In this document: piece after piece, positions 37,839 through 49,269 of the stretch | How the letters are laid out: every line of letters begins with the position of its first letter | Position numbering within the stretch: the stretch's first letter is position 1 | Origin: Bilabrum cf. latius | Taxonomy: Eukaryota | Direction: 5' to 3' | Assembly (NCBI GenBank): GCA_965178125.1 | Contig: OZ237748.1 | Location: 1,054,001-1,118,000, forward strand | DNA: 64,000 bases | Translations under genes and position numbers: made by a program | Notes under the pieces: generated by a model | Told to the model about the DNA's origin: nothing | Database searches by the model: none | Seen by the model: only the letters and a program-made list of their open reading frames with translations

Positions 37839-38853
37839 GGGGGGGACAACAGGTGGTGGTAGGTACACCAAGCGTTTAGGACGAGGGCTACGCTACGCTC
37901 GCCCCTCCTTTAAAGGCATATTTAGCAACTCAAGTGTTTCCCCTATAAACCTAAATGATTTCACAGGGGGTTCCCCAAGAACCCCTATAGAACCCCTCTA
38001 TGTACCCATTTTCAGATATAAAATTTACTCCTACGAAGTAGGGGTAAATTGAAGAATTCTAATATTTAACCCCCTTATAAACTCTAACAGCAAAGACAGA
38101 GATGTTTTAGTAAAGTAGGAAAAAATGAAGAAATTAACCAAGTGTCCAAAATATCTCTGTGTTTGCTGTAGGAACGGAAGGATGAATTCCCAAGAGACCA
38201 AGAGACCAACCGAGGATTTCCCCAAGAGAACAAGGTATTTTATCAAGAGACCGAGGTATGTTCCCAAGCGACAAACCGATAAACCGACCGATGAACCGAC
38301 CGATGAACCGACCAAGGATTTCCCAAGGATTTCCCAAGGATTTCCCAAGGATTTCCCAAGGATTTCCCAAGGATTTCCCAAGCGACTAAATTGTTCTCCG
38401 AAGCAACCAAACCGATTACCCAAGAGATGATACATTATAAGGAAAACGAAAACGTATTTTAAGTCCCTTTGGAAAAGTCCCCCAAGATGCTCGGGCTTTG
38501 CCCTCCGCTCTTTTGATATCTTTTTCAAAGATTAAAATTGAGAGATTTTACAGGTCAATTTTAAGAGACTTAGAAAGAATAAATATATTTTCCAATTAAA
38601 ATTAAATGTTGTAATTCCTATGATGCCACCATAAAAATTAAAAGGAAAACGAAAACGTATTTTAAGTCCCTTTCGAAAAGTCCCCAAAAAACTTGTCAAT
38701 TTTACAGGTCAATTATAAGAGACTTAGAAAAAATAAATTAAGTTCCCTATTAAAATTAAATGTTGTAATTCCTATGATGCCACCATAAAAATTAAAAGGA
38801 AAATAAAAAACAAATTATAATTGTTTTCCAATTAAAAACACAAAAATTGATTG
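37839..38853 (+). repeat. Left terminal inverted repeat
   Basis: Reverse complement of 54310-55324. Starts G7ACAACAGGTGGTGG and contains (ggatttcccaa)x6. Confidence 0.95.
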
Positions 38854-39092
38854 AAAAATTTTGACAATATAGGATACAAAGAAATATTAAAATTAATTTT
38901 CCAAGATGCTCGGGCTTTGCCCTCCGCTCTTTTGATATCTTTTTCAAAGATTAAAAATAAATGTTGTAATTCCTATGATGCCACCATAAAAATTAAAAGG
39001 AAAATAAAAAACAAATTATAGAATATTAAAATTAATTTTCCAAGGATTTCCCAAGAGATGATAATTTAAGCCATTCTATATCACTATAGTAA

Positions 39093-39206
39093 ATGAACCC
39101 ATTTTTAAAGGAGTTGATGATAGAGCATATTGTCAAGCAAATTAATCCACGTATTTGGAAAAAATTACACGAAAAACTAAAGGAATACAAGAAGCTCGGG
39201 CTTTGA
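39093..39206 (+). CDS. Small 37-aa hypothetical viral protein
   Basis: Follows the CTATAGTAAATG motif; MNPFLKELMIEH...; TGA stop. Confidence 0.4.
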   Translation: MNPFLKELMIEHIVKQINPRIWKKLHEKLKEYKKLGL

Positions 39207-39237
39207 TATAAGTAGAAGACTATACTATAAAGTACTT

Positions 39238-39522
39238 ATGAAGCCACATACCTACGATTTTGAAAAGGTTGTTGAAAATTTTCAATTTAAAGCACCCTCA
39301 AGACGCAAGAATAAGAAGTATGATGTTTTTGACGAAAATGATGAATATATTACATCGTTTGGTGATAGGCGGTATTAGCAATTTTACGATAGAATAGGGT
39401 ATTACAGCCATTTAAATCATTTAGATACGGACCGCCAATTTAGATACTTCAAACGACACGGTATCGAAGTAAAACCAAGAACCCCAAAGTTCTTCTCACA
39501 TTTTTACCTTTGGAGTTCATAA
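39238..39522 (+). CDS. Tlr6F-like protein, 94 aa
   Basis: SRRKNKKYDV...SFGDRRY*QFYD...HLDTDRQFRYFKRH...KFFSHFYLW matches my recollection of the Tlr6F pattern found in PLVs and virophages. Confidence 0.7.
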
Positions 39523-40053
39523 ATGACACGTCAATAAATACACTAATTCATCAGGATTTAATGTATGTTTCTTACAAACCTTATCCACCCACTTTTTATA
39601 CTAATCAGCGTTTTTTCCCCTATTCCAAAGACGAACTATACAATGTCTCCCGCAGGTTGCTATATCCATTCCATCCGCCTAAAACTAATATGGGTTATAG
39701 TCAATCTTATACGGAGAATGATACATTAAATATATTAACTCAGGGTCTTCATAAAAACGTTTCCGCACGCTTTCACTCATTGTGTGCTATTGCCTATCAG
39801 GACGAATTCCATAACTGTCAAAGAAGTATATTGTTTTATTACGCTTAAATAAGCACACCCAGTGTCCAGAATTTATTTCTTCTTGGTATAGAATGATACA
39901 ACAATTACAACGACTAAATAATCCATCAATACTATTGTACTATCCTAATTCTGTATATGGAACGATGTTTACCGACGTAGGAAGAAACCCCTTAATATTT
40001 GGTGGAGTTTGGAGGAGAACACGAATATCACTATCGCTAAGAGCATAATCCAT
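39517..40053 (-). CDS. Capsid-maturation cysteine protease (adenain/Ulp1-like), 178 aa
   Basis: GHWVCL, YFFDSYG and Y*F*ADGMDIATCGRHC; TGA stop. Absent from the ORF track because of TAGs. Confidence 0.9.
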
Positions 40054-40243
40054 AGATTTATTATAGAATGATATATTGGGGGAGATAAAAGCATCTCTTA
40101 ACCACTATTTAAGCGTAGAAGTATTTCTACAAAATCCGTTTTGGAATTTGTGGATAGCATAAAAGACAATCATTCAAAATAAGTTTTCAACAAAAAGACA
40201 AAACACTTTAGAAAAAAAAAAAACATATAGTAAATACACTAAA

Positions 40244-41146
40244 ATGGCTCATTTTTCTTGGAAGGAAACTACAAAATCAACACCCATCGCATATGACACT
40301 CACGGAAAACGTATTTTATACACGGCGGAAAACACAGACAACCAATTTGGAGATGATAGTATGTCATTTTAGGATTTTCAAGTATCATCTCTTACAGGGA
40401 ACAGATTTCCGCAGAGGAAAATGGATTTATTAGCACGACACTTAATCAAACAGGTCGAACCCCTAGACGAAGACATCAAATATTTGTATGAAAAAGCATA
40501 GGAAAAGAAACATAAAGAGATTACATTAAAATAGGGTGAATTCCAATCACTACCAAATCCAAACGGAAGAGAGGTCATTTTTATCACCGCACCATCAGGC
40601 GCGGGTAAGTCTACTTGGGTTTCCAAATATGCTAAGAATTATCATAGAATGTTTCCGAACAGGAGAATTATTTTATTTTCTCGCGTATAGTAGGATAAAG
40701 TCTTAGATGAAGTGAAAGGACTGAAAAGGATTATTTTAAATGAGGAACTGGTGGTGAACCCGATTGATATTCATTAGGAATTAAGGGACGCCTTAGTAAT
40801 CTTGGATGATATTGATACAATCAAAGATAAAAAATTAAGGGAAGCCCTCAATCATTTACAGGATGAAATATTATAGGTTGGAAGACATAGCAATACTTCT
40901 GTATTAATCACAAGTCATTTAAGTACCAACTATAAAAGTACCCGTATTATTCTTGCGGAAAGTACAAAATTCGTTATTTTTCCGTAGTGTTCATCCGCAC
41001 ATTCTCTAAGGTATTTGTTAAAGAATTATATAGGACTTGAGAAACAAGAAATCTCTAAAGTCTTAAAAATGCCTTCCAGGTGGGTCTGTGTCCACAGGAA
41101 TTACCCGAGGTATTTAATTGGAGAAAGGTAGGCTTACCTTATGTAA
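40244..41146 (+). CDS. DNA-packaging ATPase (A32/FtsK-HerA-like), 300 aa
   Basis: Walker A APSGAGKST, Walker B LVILDDID, GRHSNTSVLITSH. About nine in-frame TAG; TAA stop. Confidence 0.92.
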
Positions 41147-41175
41147 TTTTGGTCAAACTTTTTATAAAAGTTTCT

Positions 41176-41412
41176 TTAAATAATATTCTATTCTCGTATA
41201 TACCGACTTGCTTGAGGTAAACTCATACCAGTCTACTACATCACCATTTTTACAAGTTTATTGCGACGTTTCATTTTCTCAGAAACTTTTCGTTTGGGCT
41301 TTAAACCTTTTCCAACTTTAATATGATGGTTTTTAACTCTATTTAAAGCGTCTTGTTCTTTCTATAGCGCGAGTTGTTTGGTTCTCTATATAATCCACTT
41401 ATCAATATCCAT
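41176..41412 (-). CDS. Small basic viral protein, 78 aa
   Basis: MDIDKWII*...RRNKLVKMVM**TGMSLPQASRYIRE*NII-TAA, preceded by TATAGTATAATG. Confidence 0.65.
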
Positions 41413-41477
41413 TATACTATACACAAACACTTTATTTTTTATTTTTTGGTCAAGCTTTTTATAAAAGCTTATAGTAA

Positions 41478-42659
41478 ATGAAAACTGCTAAAGTGAATGC
41501 TCTTATTCAGCAAGCCCTAGAGAGGGAACTTGACAATGCTAAAATGTTAGATTTACAGGCAAGGGACGACGTAGATTTAGAAACAGAATATAGTGATTTT
41601 ATAAGGAAAAGGGCAAAAATTGAACGATTAAAAGAAAGTGGAAGGTATGGAACTCCAGCGTAGAGAAAATAGGCAGACCAAAGCAACGAGGAAATCATAT
41701 CTAAGTCAATATCTGGTATAATGAAAGGTATTATTGAGGGTAAAAATGTAAGTCCAGCAGTGAAAGCATTGAAGGATTTTGTTGGTAATATCAATATGTC
41801 TCCACAAATGAAGCAACAACTAGCCCGTCAATACGTAAATATTGAGAGATTTCAAAGGAAAGGCTACGAAGGACTGCAGAGAGTTCCAGCTGAAGACAGA
41901 AAACAACTCTTAGAATTAGGGAAAGTTATATAGGAGGCATCCGGACAACGAATACCGTAGGGAATGTTGGGAATTGATTAGTAGCCAACATCTTTACAAA
42001 CACCTGCTCGAACAACAAGAAGAAACACGTTTTCCGCTCCAACACAAGTACAGCTTCCAGAAAAGGGTTCGATTGCGTATAAATAGTTATTGGAAAGAGC
42101 CAGAGAAAGAATACAACAAGACAGACCCTTAACTGAAAAACAACGAATAGCGTGGGATTTAGAATAGGGAAAGAACTTCTCACAAAGAACATCACAGGGA
42201 CAGACAAATATGTTTTAGCATTTTCCAGAGGGTTCAAGTAGTAATGCGTCAAAAACATCAAAAGACTTAGATGCCATATTAGCCGCAGCGAGCAATGAAA
42301 GACCACTACCGCAAGGAAGCACTCCGGGGGCGTGGGACCCAGAAACTGGTGAGTACTATGATATGCCGAGTAGGATAGAAATTGAGCAGGGAATTGGAAA
42401 ACGTGCTACTAGACCTGTGTAGCGATTTACGGGGTTTAGTCCGCCCTATGGAATGTAGTAGCCTGATTTAGAAGACCCACCATCACGCGCAATGACTGTA
42501 GAAGAAAGTGGAAAACCAAAAAAGGGGAAAGGATTACGAGGTGGAAAAAGGATTATCTATGATACAGCAATGAATGTAGCCAAGAAAGTAAAAGGAGCCG
42601 ATAAAGATATTCATCATTAGGTTGCTATGGAACTATTACATCTTTTAGGAAAAGATTGA
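41478..42659 (+). CDS. Hypothetical viral protein, 393 aa
   Basis: Open across many TAG to TGA; TATAGTAAATG start context; basic KKGKGLRGGK tail. Confidence 0.75.
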
Positions 42660-42724
42660 CCAAAACCTCTTATTTACATCTTTTGGCAACCTGATAAAAA
42701 TTATTTCTGTGGATATACTATAAA

Positions 42725-43216
42725 ATGTCAGTTTCAAATCTTCTATCTAAGAACAGTCTAGACCTTATGTCTCAAACTATTACGTGTAATGTTGTGAGTA
42801 GCGACGCAATTAAAGTGTCCGCAATTACTAACTCTACGGGAGCAGTCATAGGCAATCCAAGTATTGAATTCAAAGACGGAGAGCCTTATATGGAGTGGGG
42901 TGAAACTGTTCTACGGTTTGGAAAAAACGGAGCGTCTGCTGGTTGTCAGTTCAGTATGAGCGAAGAAGGAGAAAGATGCGATATTTCACTAGTTGGTTCA
43001 TTCAAGACTTCTCAAGAGGGTGTTGTTGGGCTGAGTGAGGTTGCTGGAGCTACATTGGCTGACGCTTCTACCCCTATTAATACGTCAGCAGAGCGAAAGT
43101 TCAAGGGCGCTTTAGTGTATAATGGAAGCGACAACGATGTCTATGTGGCGATTGGCAGTTCTTCTACATCTAGTTGGAAATCCTTAGTGTCAGGTTCACT
43201 TATTACACCATCTTAA
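42725..43216 (+). CDS. Hypothetical viral protein, 163 aa (S/G/T-rich, possibly fibre or attachment protein)
   Basis: Clean ORF directly upstream of the penton. The function is a guess from position and composition. Confidence 0.7.
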   Translation: MSVSNLLSKNSLDLMSQTITCNVVSSDAIKVSAITNSTGAVIGNPSIEFKDGEPYMEWGETVLRFGKNGASAGCQFSMSEEGERCDISLVGSFKTSQEGVVGLSEVAGATLADASTPINTSAERKFKGALVYNGSDNDVYVAIGSSSTSSWKSLVSGSLITPS

Positions 43217-43272
43217 TTATACTTTAGAAAAGTAATCAAACCCACCCCATAATTATAAACGTCTATAGTAAA

Positions 43273-44382
43273 ATGAGTTCTCCAGACCGATTTTACATTA
43301 CCGCAAACATACGAAATAACGAAGATACTTTCCAACCAGCGACCTATAGCGAAACCCGCAAGTAGCCATTATTAGATAAGGATGTTGGTGATTATACGAT
43401 GTCAGTATTCCGGTTTTCCATAAGCACCAATTCAATACCTTTATGGGTTCCACACATAGAAACCGATAAAGTGAAAAATCCATCTTCAAATCCTAATCAA
43501 ACGGTGTATAGAATTAGCATTACAGATGAAAGTGGAGTACAATTATGGACGGAAAGTATTATATGGAGACCCTAGTTAACAGGGGAAAACCAACCATCTT
43601 TTTCCAATCCTATGTAGTTTGTTCCTTATTATTATATGTATTCCGTGTAGCATTTTGTTGATTTATTCAACGAAACCCTATAGAACGCTTTATCAGCGGA
43701 TATTACATCAGTTCCGGTTTTACTATTCAAAGATGGAAAGTTCAGTTTAGTAGCAAACCCCGATTACGACGAGGAAAACTCAGGACAAAAATTTAAATTA
43801 GTGTTGAATGAAGCCCTTAACGAACTGATGACGGGTTTTCCTATGGAACGAATGGATATCCAAGATGACGACTTATACGCCAGTATTCTATTCAAAACCC
43901 TAGGAACCAATGTTTTATTCGATGATGGCTCTTCTGTTGGAAAATATGAACCTTAGGCATACTTCGAGGGAAACCCAACGGGAGACTACAGATTAATGAT
44001 GACCTAGGAACGAGGGAGTTTAGTGTAGTTTTAGATTTTTCGCGGAATAGTTTTCACATCTTCAAGTCTTCCAGTGAGGAGTGAGGCAATATCCTAGAAA
44101 TCCGCCTATGGACAATCCACAAATACAGATTAGAATTCAGGTTCAGGGACCGAGAGTTTATTAGTGGATATGGACTGTGTATTAGATGACACTGAAACAG
44201 TTAATTAGTAGGTTCTTCAATACCAGCCCCATATTCTCCACGAAATTGATTTTTTAGATACACATTCAGTAGATAGGATTTAGTTTAATCTTTATTGGAA
44301 AGATAATTATTCAAATCTAAGACCTCTTTATTTACGCCACGGAAGTGTGAGTGTGAAGTTTTTAATTTAGAAACGGAAGTGA
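43273..44382 (+). CDS. Minor capsid (penton) protein, 369 aa
   Basis: N-terminal YSETRK*PLLD...DYTMSVFRFSISTNSIPLWVPHI and C-terminal LYWKDNY..LRPLYL..GSVSVKFL are virophage penton-like. Adjacent to MCP. Confidence 0.85.
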
Positions 44383-44487
44383 AATTAGTTTTGTATTACT
44401 TTTATGAAGAAACGAGTTTGCGTTCTTTTCTAAAGAACTGAGTGATAGAATTTTATTCGTTGTATATAATATACAAGGAAAACAAAA

Positions 44488-46257
44488 ATGTCATTGAATA
44501 CCTTTGCCCTTCAGCCAGTCAAAGTATCACCCGCAACACTAGATGTACAACCGAAGCCGTATGAAGTTCAAGAAGGTTATGAGAACCGGACTTTCCGTAA
44601 ATATAACCCCTCCGGGTCTGCCGGAAACTACAACAGCGGGGTCAACTGGAATATTAGTATGCCTTCAGGTGTAGGTTTGTGCCGTCGTGCCTATGTCTCG
44701 TGCCGATTTTCTATCACCTTTTCCGTGAATAATCAAACCGCAGGTGGTCTAGCACCCTTTAGACCAGATTACGATGCTCCACGCTCCTATCCACTTAATC
44801 GCTCCATCGCAACATAGACAGTTGGCATTAATAACCTTCGCTATACCCAGAACAACGGCGAACTAATGGACGCTCTGTCCCATTTACTAGATGATGATGT
44901 CCACCGTGTGAATTGCCTTGATAGTGTGTATAGACGCGATAATGTGCCTTCATACGCGATGATGAGTTAGTCTACGAATAACGCTCTTGCTTCGTATGAG
45001 GACGTGCTTTAGGACCAACCAGCCCGAGGAAGTGGATTTTACAATTTGTATCAAATGGATAATACTGATGTACCCGCAGGTCAAACTCAAAATCGTGTTC
45101 TTGTTTTTGAATGCACTGAGGCGGTATTATGTCCACCTTTCCACTACGAAAGTAAATAGGAACAAACGGCTATATACGGAATTCAAACACTCTCCTTAAA
45201 TATTAATTGGTCTCAACTGAGTAGAACCGTGTGGTCTCGTATTCCACAATAGGGCTTAACTGCTACCATTTAGTCGGTAGATGTCCAAGAACCAGTCCTA
45301 TACCTTGAATAGATTACACCTAAAACAGGATTTGTGCTTCCTAAATAGGTCTCGTATGATATTTTTGAGATGACTTCGTATACCCAAAGTCATAGTCCAA
45401 CAATTGCCGCAGGTACTACAGCAACTCTTTACAATAACAATATTAAGCTTAGTAATTCAGTTCCAAGTCGTTTATTTGTGTTTGCCCGTCGCTCACCTAC
45501 AACCCTTTCAGTAGATTAGGGAAACACATTCATGGCAATTGATGGAATTAGTATAGAGATGAATAACCATAGTGGATTACTCGCCGACGCATCGCCACAG
45601 CAGTTATGGGACTTATCCAGAAGCAACGGACTTGAATAGCAATATAATGAATGGGCTATGCGTAAATTCGGGGATAGGGTGCTATCAGGTGGTCTGTTAT
45701 GTATTGACCCCGCCAAGGACTTAAGCTTAGATGTAGATTAGACGAATGGTAGCAACGGTTCTAATCAATTGTCTATAACCCTACGAGTGAAGAATAATGA
45801 TGTTGTGGACTACGATAATGTATAGTGTGTGGTGATTGGATTATACGAAGGAGTATTAAATTTGATTGATGGGTCTAAGTTCGAGTATTAGCAGGGTGTC
45901 ATCTCAAGGGCAGACGTTTTGTCCGCCTCTAAACTACCCGTTGTATATGAAAGTCAATTATCAGGATTACACGGTCGCGGTCTTGGGAAAAAGATTAGAC
46001 ACGCCTTAAAAAAGTTCGCACACAAAACCGCTGATTGGGTAAAGAAAGGCAATCTCAAAAAAGTATTAAAGGATGGTAAGTAGGTATTTGACACCGCTAA
46101 AATGGTGGGTGAAATGGCTGGTATGGGACGCCAAAGGAAACCCCGAAAGACTACCAAGAAAGGCAGGGGTATGACTGCTGCCGGTTTAACTGGGGCTTCT
46201 CTCACCGGTGGTAAATCTCTTTCTCGCAATCAATTACTCGCAATGTTGTAGCAGTGA
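44488..46257 (+). CDS. MCP: Virophage-type major capsid protein, 589 aa
   Basis: Length typical of virophage MCPs. Motifs DAPRSYPLN, TEAVLCPPF, NIKLSNSVPSRLFVFARR, and a Gly/basic C-tail. Open only with TAG as sense; TGA stop. Confidence 0.88.
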
Positions 46258-46312
46258 ATATGAAAAGGGTAAATCGATAAATATTTGTCTTGGTATATAG
46301 TATATCAAAACA

Positions 46313-46930
46313 ATGTCAGTGTCAACTGCTGTAATGGTTGCTGGGACTTTAGCCCCTTTAGCTTATACAGGAAGCAAGTGTCTATATTCTTGGTGGACGA
46401 AAGACGGAACTTAGAAACAGAAATCGTGCGTGGTTGTTCCAAAAGGAAGCGGTAAAACTACTTTATGTCGTTCCCTAGAAGCGGTGGATAAGGATACGCT
46501 AATTATTGATTTAGACGAGTGTGTAAATGCTCAAATTTCAGGACAGGAAAAGCAAAAGATGGAGAAAATGTTGGTTGACGGTGATGAAAGTACCCACCGC
46601 CTCTTTTATTATTCCCAATCAAGATTAGTGTATGAAAAAATTAAAGCGGATTGGCTCACAAAGAAATCCAGGCGTTTAATTGTTATGGTTGGTTCGTTGG
46701 AATTAGCGAAAGATTTATTTAAGGAAAGTTCAATTTTTGTGTGTGTGCCTTCTCACAGTCTTTTTGAGGAAATCCGTGAAGGGAAAAAATCGGGGGACTT
46801 ATTGTCTGTAGAACGCTCAAGAACGAATTTAATCGCTGGATTACATTAGAGTTAGTACTGTGTCTATTCATCCTTTTAGCAACTGGAGGAATTCGTCCGT
46901 AAAACATTTGGTCTTGGTTCTCGTCTTTGA
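46313..46930 (+). CDS. Second P-loop NTPase/kinase-like protein, 205 aa
   Basis: PKGSGKTT followed by LIIDLDE; hydrophobic N-terminus. Confidence 0.7.
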
Positions 46931-46956
46931 GTTTTTTAAATACAAGCCTATACTAA

Positions 46957-48237
46957 ATGGATAGTTTTTATACACTTAGTGGCGGAAAAATGAATTCTGG
47001 TTTTGTTAAGACGTACATTAGTGTCAAAGAACCAAAGAGTAAAACAACAAGGACATGGAAAAGTGAACATCCTTATTCTAAAGAAGCCCTTGAAAAAGCA
47101 ATTAAGTTTGAAGATGGTGTGCGAAGCACCCCCTCTCGGCGCAGTTAGCTGGCGCAACAGCTTAAAGATGGTGTGGGAACAAAAGGAAAACCAAAAAAGA
47201 AATCCTAGAAGAAATCCACACAATCCAACACACTTCATTAGTATTTAAAAGATGGTCCGCGAAGCCAGCTTAAAGATGGTTTGCGAAGCACCCCCTCTCG
47301 GCGCAGTTAGCTGGCGCAACAGCTTAAGGGTGGAGTAGTGTATGGGAATTCAAACGAAGTCCAGAGAACACTACAGCAATACGGGGATAGAACAATTATA
47401 GCTATGAAAGTGATTAGAACCCCCATTAGTGGCGCGATTAATCGGTTGCTTAACTGGATTACCCTTGGAAAAATGAAAAAGTTAAAAAATAAACACGGAT
47501 ATAATGATTTTTTTCACTTAGCCTTAGAGTTGAACCTTGGAGGTGGAAAAAAGATTTATCTTGAGAAGAATGAGAGGGTTAATTTGTCCTCAAGATTTTC
47601 CACCAACAAGAAAACACAAACTATGGAAGTAAATATCAATGGAAAACCTTAGAAAACAGTAAGGGAATTATATGAAACCACTTTACAGAAAATAGGAGAA
47701 TACAATTTTTATTAGTATCGTGCTTTCTCGTTGAATTGTCAAAAGTTCATTTAGGATGTTCTACGCACAAATGGGTTTTTGACACCACCCTTAAACCAAT
47801 TTATTATGTAGGATGTAGAGAGTATTGCTAAGAACGTATCGGGATTTACTAAGAGAGTGGCTAATGCTGCTACTGATGTGGCTGGTTATTTTTCCAAATG
47901 GTTTGGGAGAGGCTTAGATGATTTACCGGAAGATGTAAGAAACGCTTTAAGAAAAAATTAGGAAAAGCATAAGTAGAACACAGAAAGGGATTTTGGACAA
48001 GATTTTAAGGAAGGTTGGGATTTAGCAACTAAAACAGTTGGAAGACCAATTATGAAAGAAATCCATTCGCATACGAATGACCCAGTATCGGGTATGTATC
48101 TGGAAATATTTGGAGGTCAATGTCAGTGTGAAACAAAACGTTCAAGAGTTATGAAAATGGCGTCCATTTTAAGAGGAAAAGGAATATCCAAGAAGACAGC
48201 ACTTAAGTAGGCTTGGAAAATGTTTGCGTATGATTAA
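46957..48237 (+). CDS. 426-aa protein with a putative permuted papain-fold (PPPDE/LRAT-like) domain
   Basis: FFHLAL...YLEKNE...Y*YRAFSLNCQKFI. One frame across TAGs; TAA stop. Confidence 0.65.
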
Positions 48238-48257
48238 TTTATGATTGTGTATAGTAA

Positions 48258-48899
48258 ATGGCGGGTGTTGATGATTATACCGAAGAACAACTACATTTAC
48301 TGGCTAGTTAGCCACATCAGAGTTTGGGGAAAGACGCTAGACAAGCACTAGCAATTTTGAAAGGATTGAGGAAGCACTAGAGTATAGGGGAAAAGTACGC
48401 TAATCGTGTATATGTAAACCCTTAGGAAAGGGAAATGATGGAAATGCTCGCCGAAAAGACCGAACAAGAATTTGATACGCTAGGAATTGACAAAGATAGT
48501 GATGGTGATTATGACGTGGGTATACTAAAATTCTTATCACCATCACTACACGAGCAACACGACACAACACTTGATGATTTTAATTAGGCAATTCATAGAA
48601 AATATGCGTCAGAACGGAGAGATACTATGCGTGAATTTTTTGATGCTAGAGAGAAGGGAAACAGTTAGAAAGAACTATTATCATCGAGATAGGCTAGAGT
48701 AATGCGAATGGGTGGTGAAGTGCCTGATTGGGGCTCGAGCGAAAGAGCGAAGTAGAGTTTTAAACCACAAAAAACTGGAAAAGGGAGGCGCCGTCGGAAA
48801 AACCCAAAAGCAAAACTAGCAATGAAAATCGCTCAGTAGTTAAGAGGTAGAGGATATGGGAAAAGTGATGCTCTAAAAATTGCTTGGTAGAATGTATGA
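48258..48899 (+). CDS. Hypothetical viral protein, 213 aa, basic C-terminus
   Basis: TATAGTAAATG start context; open across TAG to TGA. Confidence 0.7.
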
Positions 48900-48940
48900 C
48901 TTAAATCTAACTCTATAGTATAATACTATAGAATACAAAA

Positions 48941-49213
48941 ATGACACTCAGTCATTCAGAAAGAAAAGAACAGGATAAGCTGTATGCCCGTGAATACTAC
49001 CGGAAAAACAAGGAAAAACTTGGAGAATAGATAAAGTGTTCCTGTGGTGGTGTATATAAGAAGTACAATAAATCACATCATTGTAGAACCAAAAAACACC
49101 TTGATTGGCTTCAAAAAGAGGAAGACACAAAAAGGGAACAAATTAATATTATGGATGAACTTGATAGTTTGCGATAGGAAATTTAGAGACTAAAGGAAAA
49201 GCAGACTATTTAA
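48941..49213 (+). CDS. C2H2 Zn-finger/Zn-ribbon protein, 90 aa
   Basis: YYRKNKEKL..IKCSCGGVYKKYNKSHHCRTKKH followed by a coiled coil. Confidence 0.75.
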
Positions 49214-49269
49214 TTCAATCTTTTCTAAACACTTTTATGCCGTTCCGCCGGTAAACTGCGGTGCTTTGG

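Noticed and set aside
38031-38528. 165-aa and 101-aa ORFs in the TIRs (mirrored at 54635-55132)
   Set aside because: They are translations of tandem repeats and lack the upstream motif.
42725-43216. TAG-free gene as a recent acquisition from a standard-code donor
   Set aside because: It has only about three Gln codons, so the absence of TAG is uninformative.
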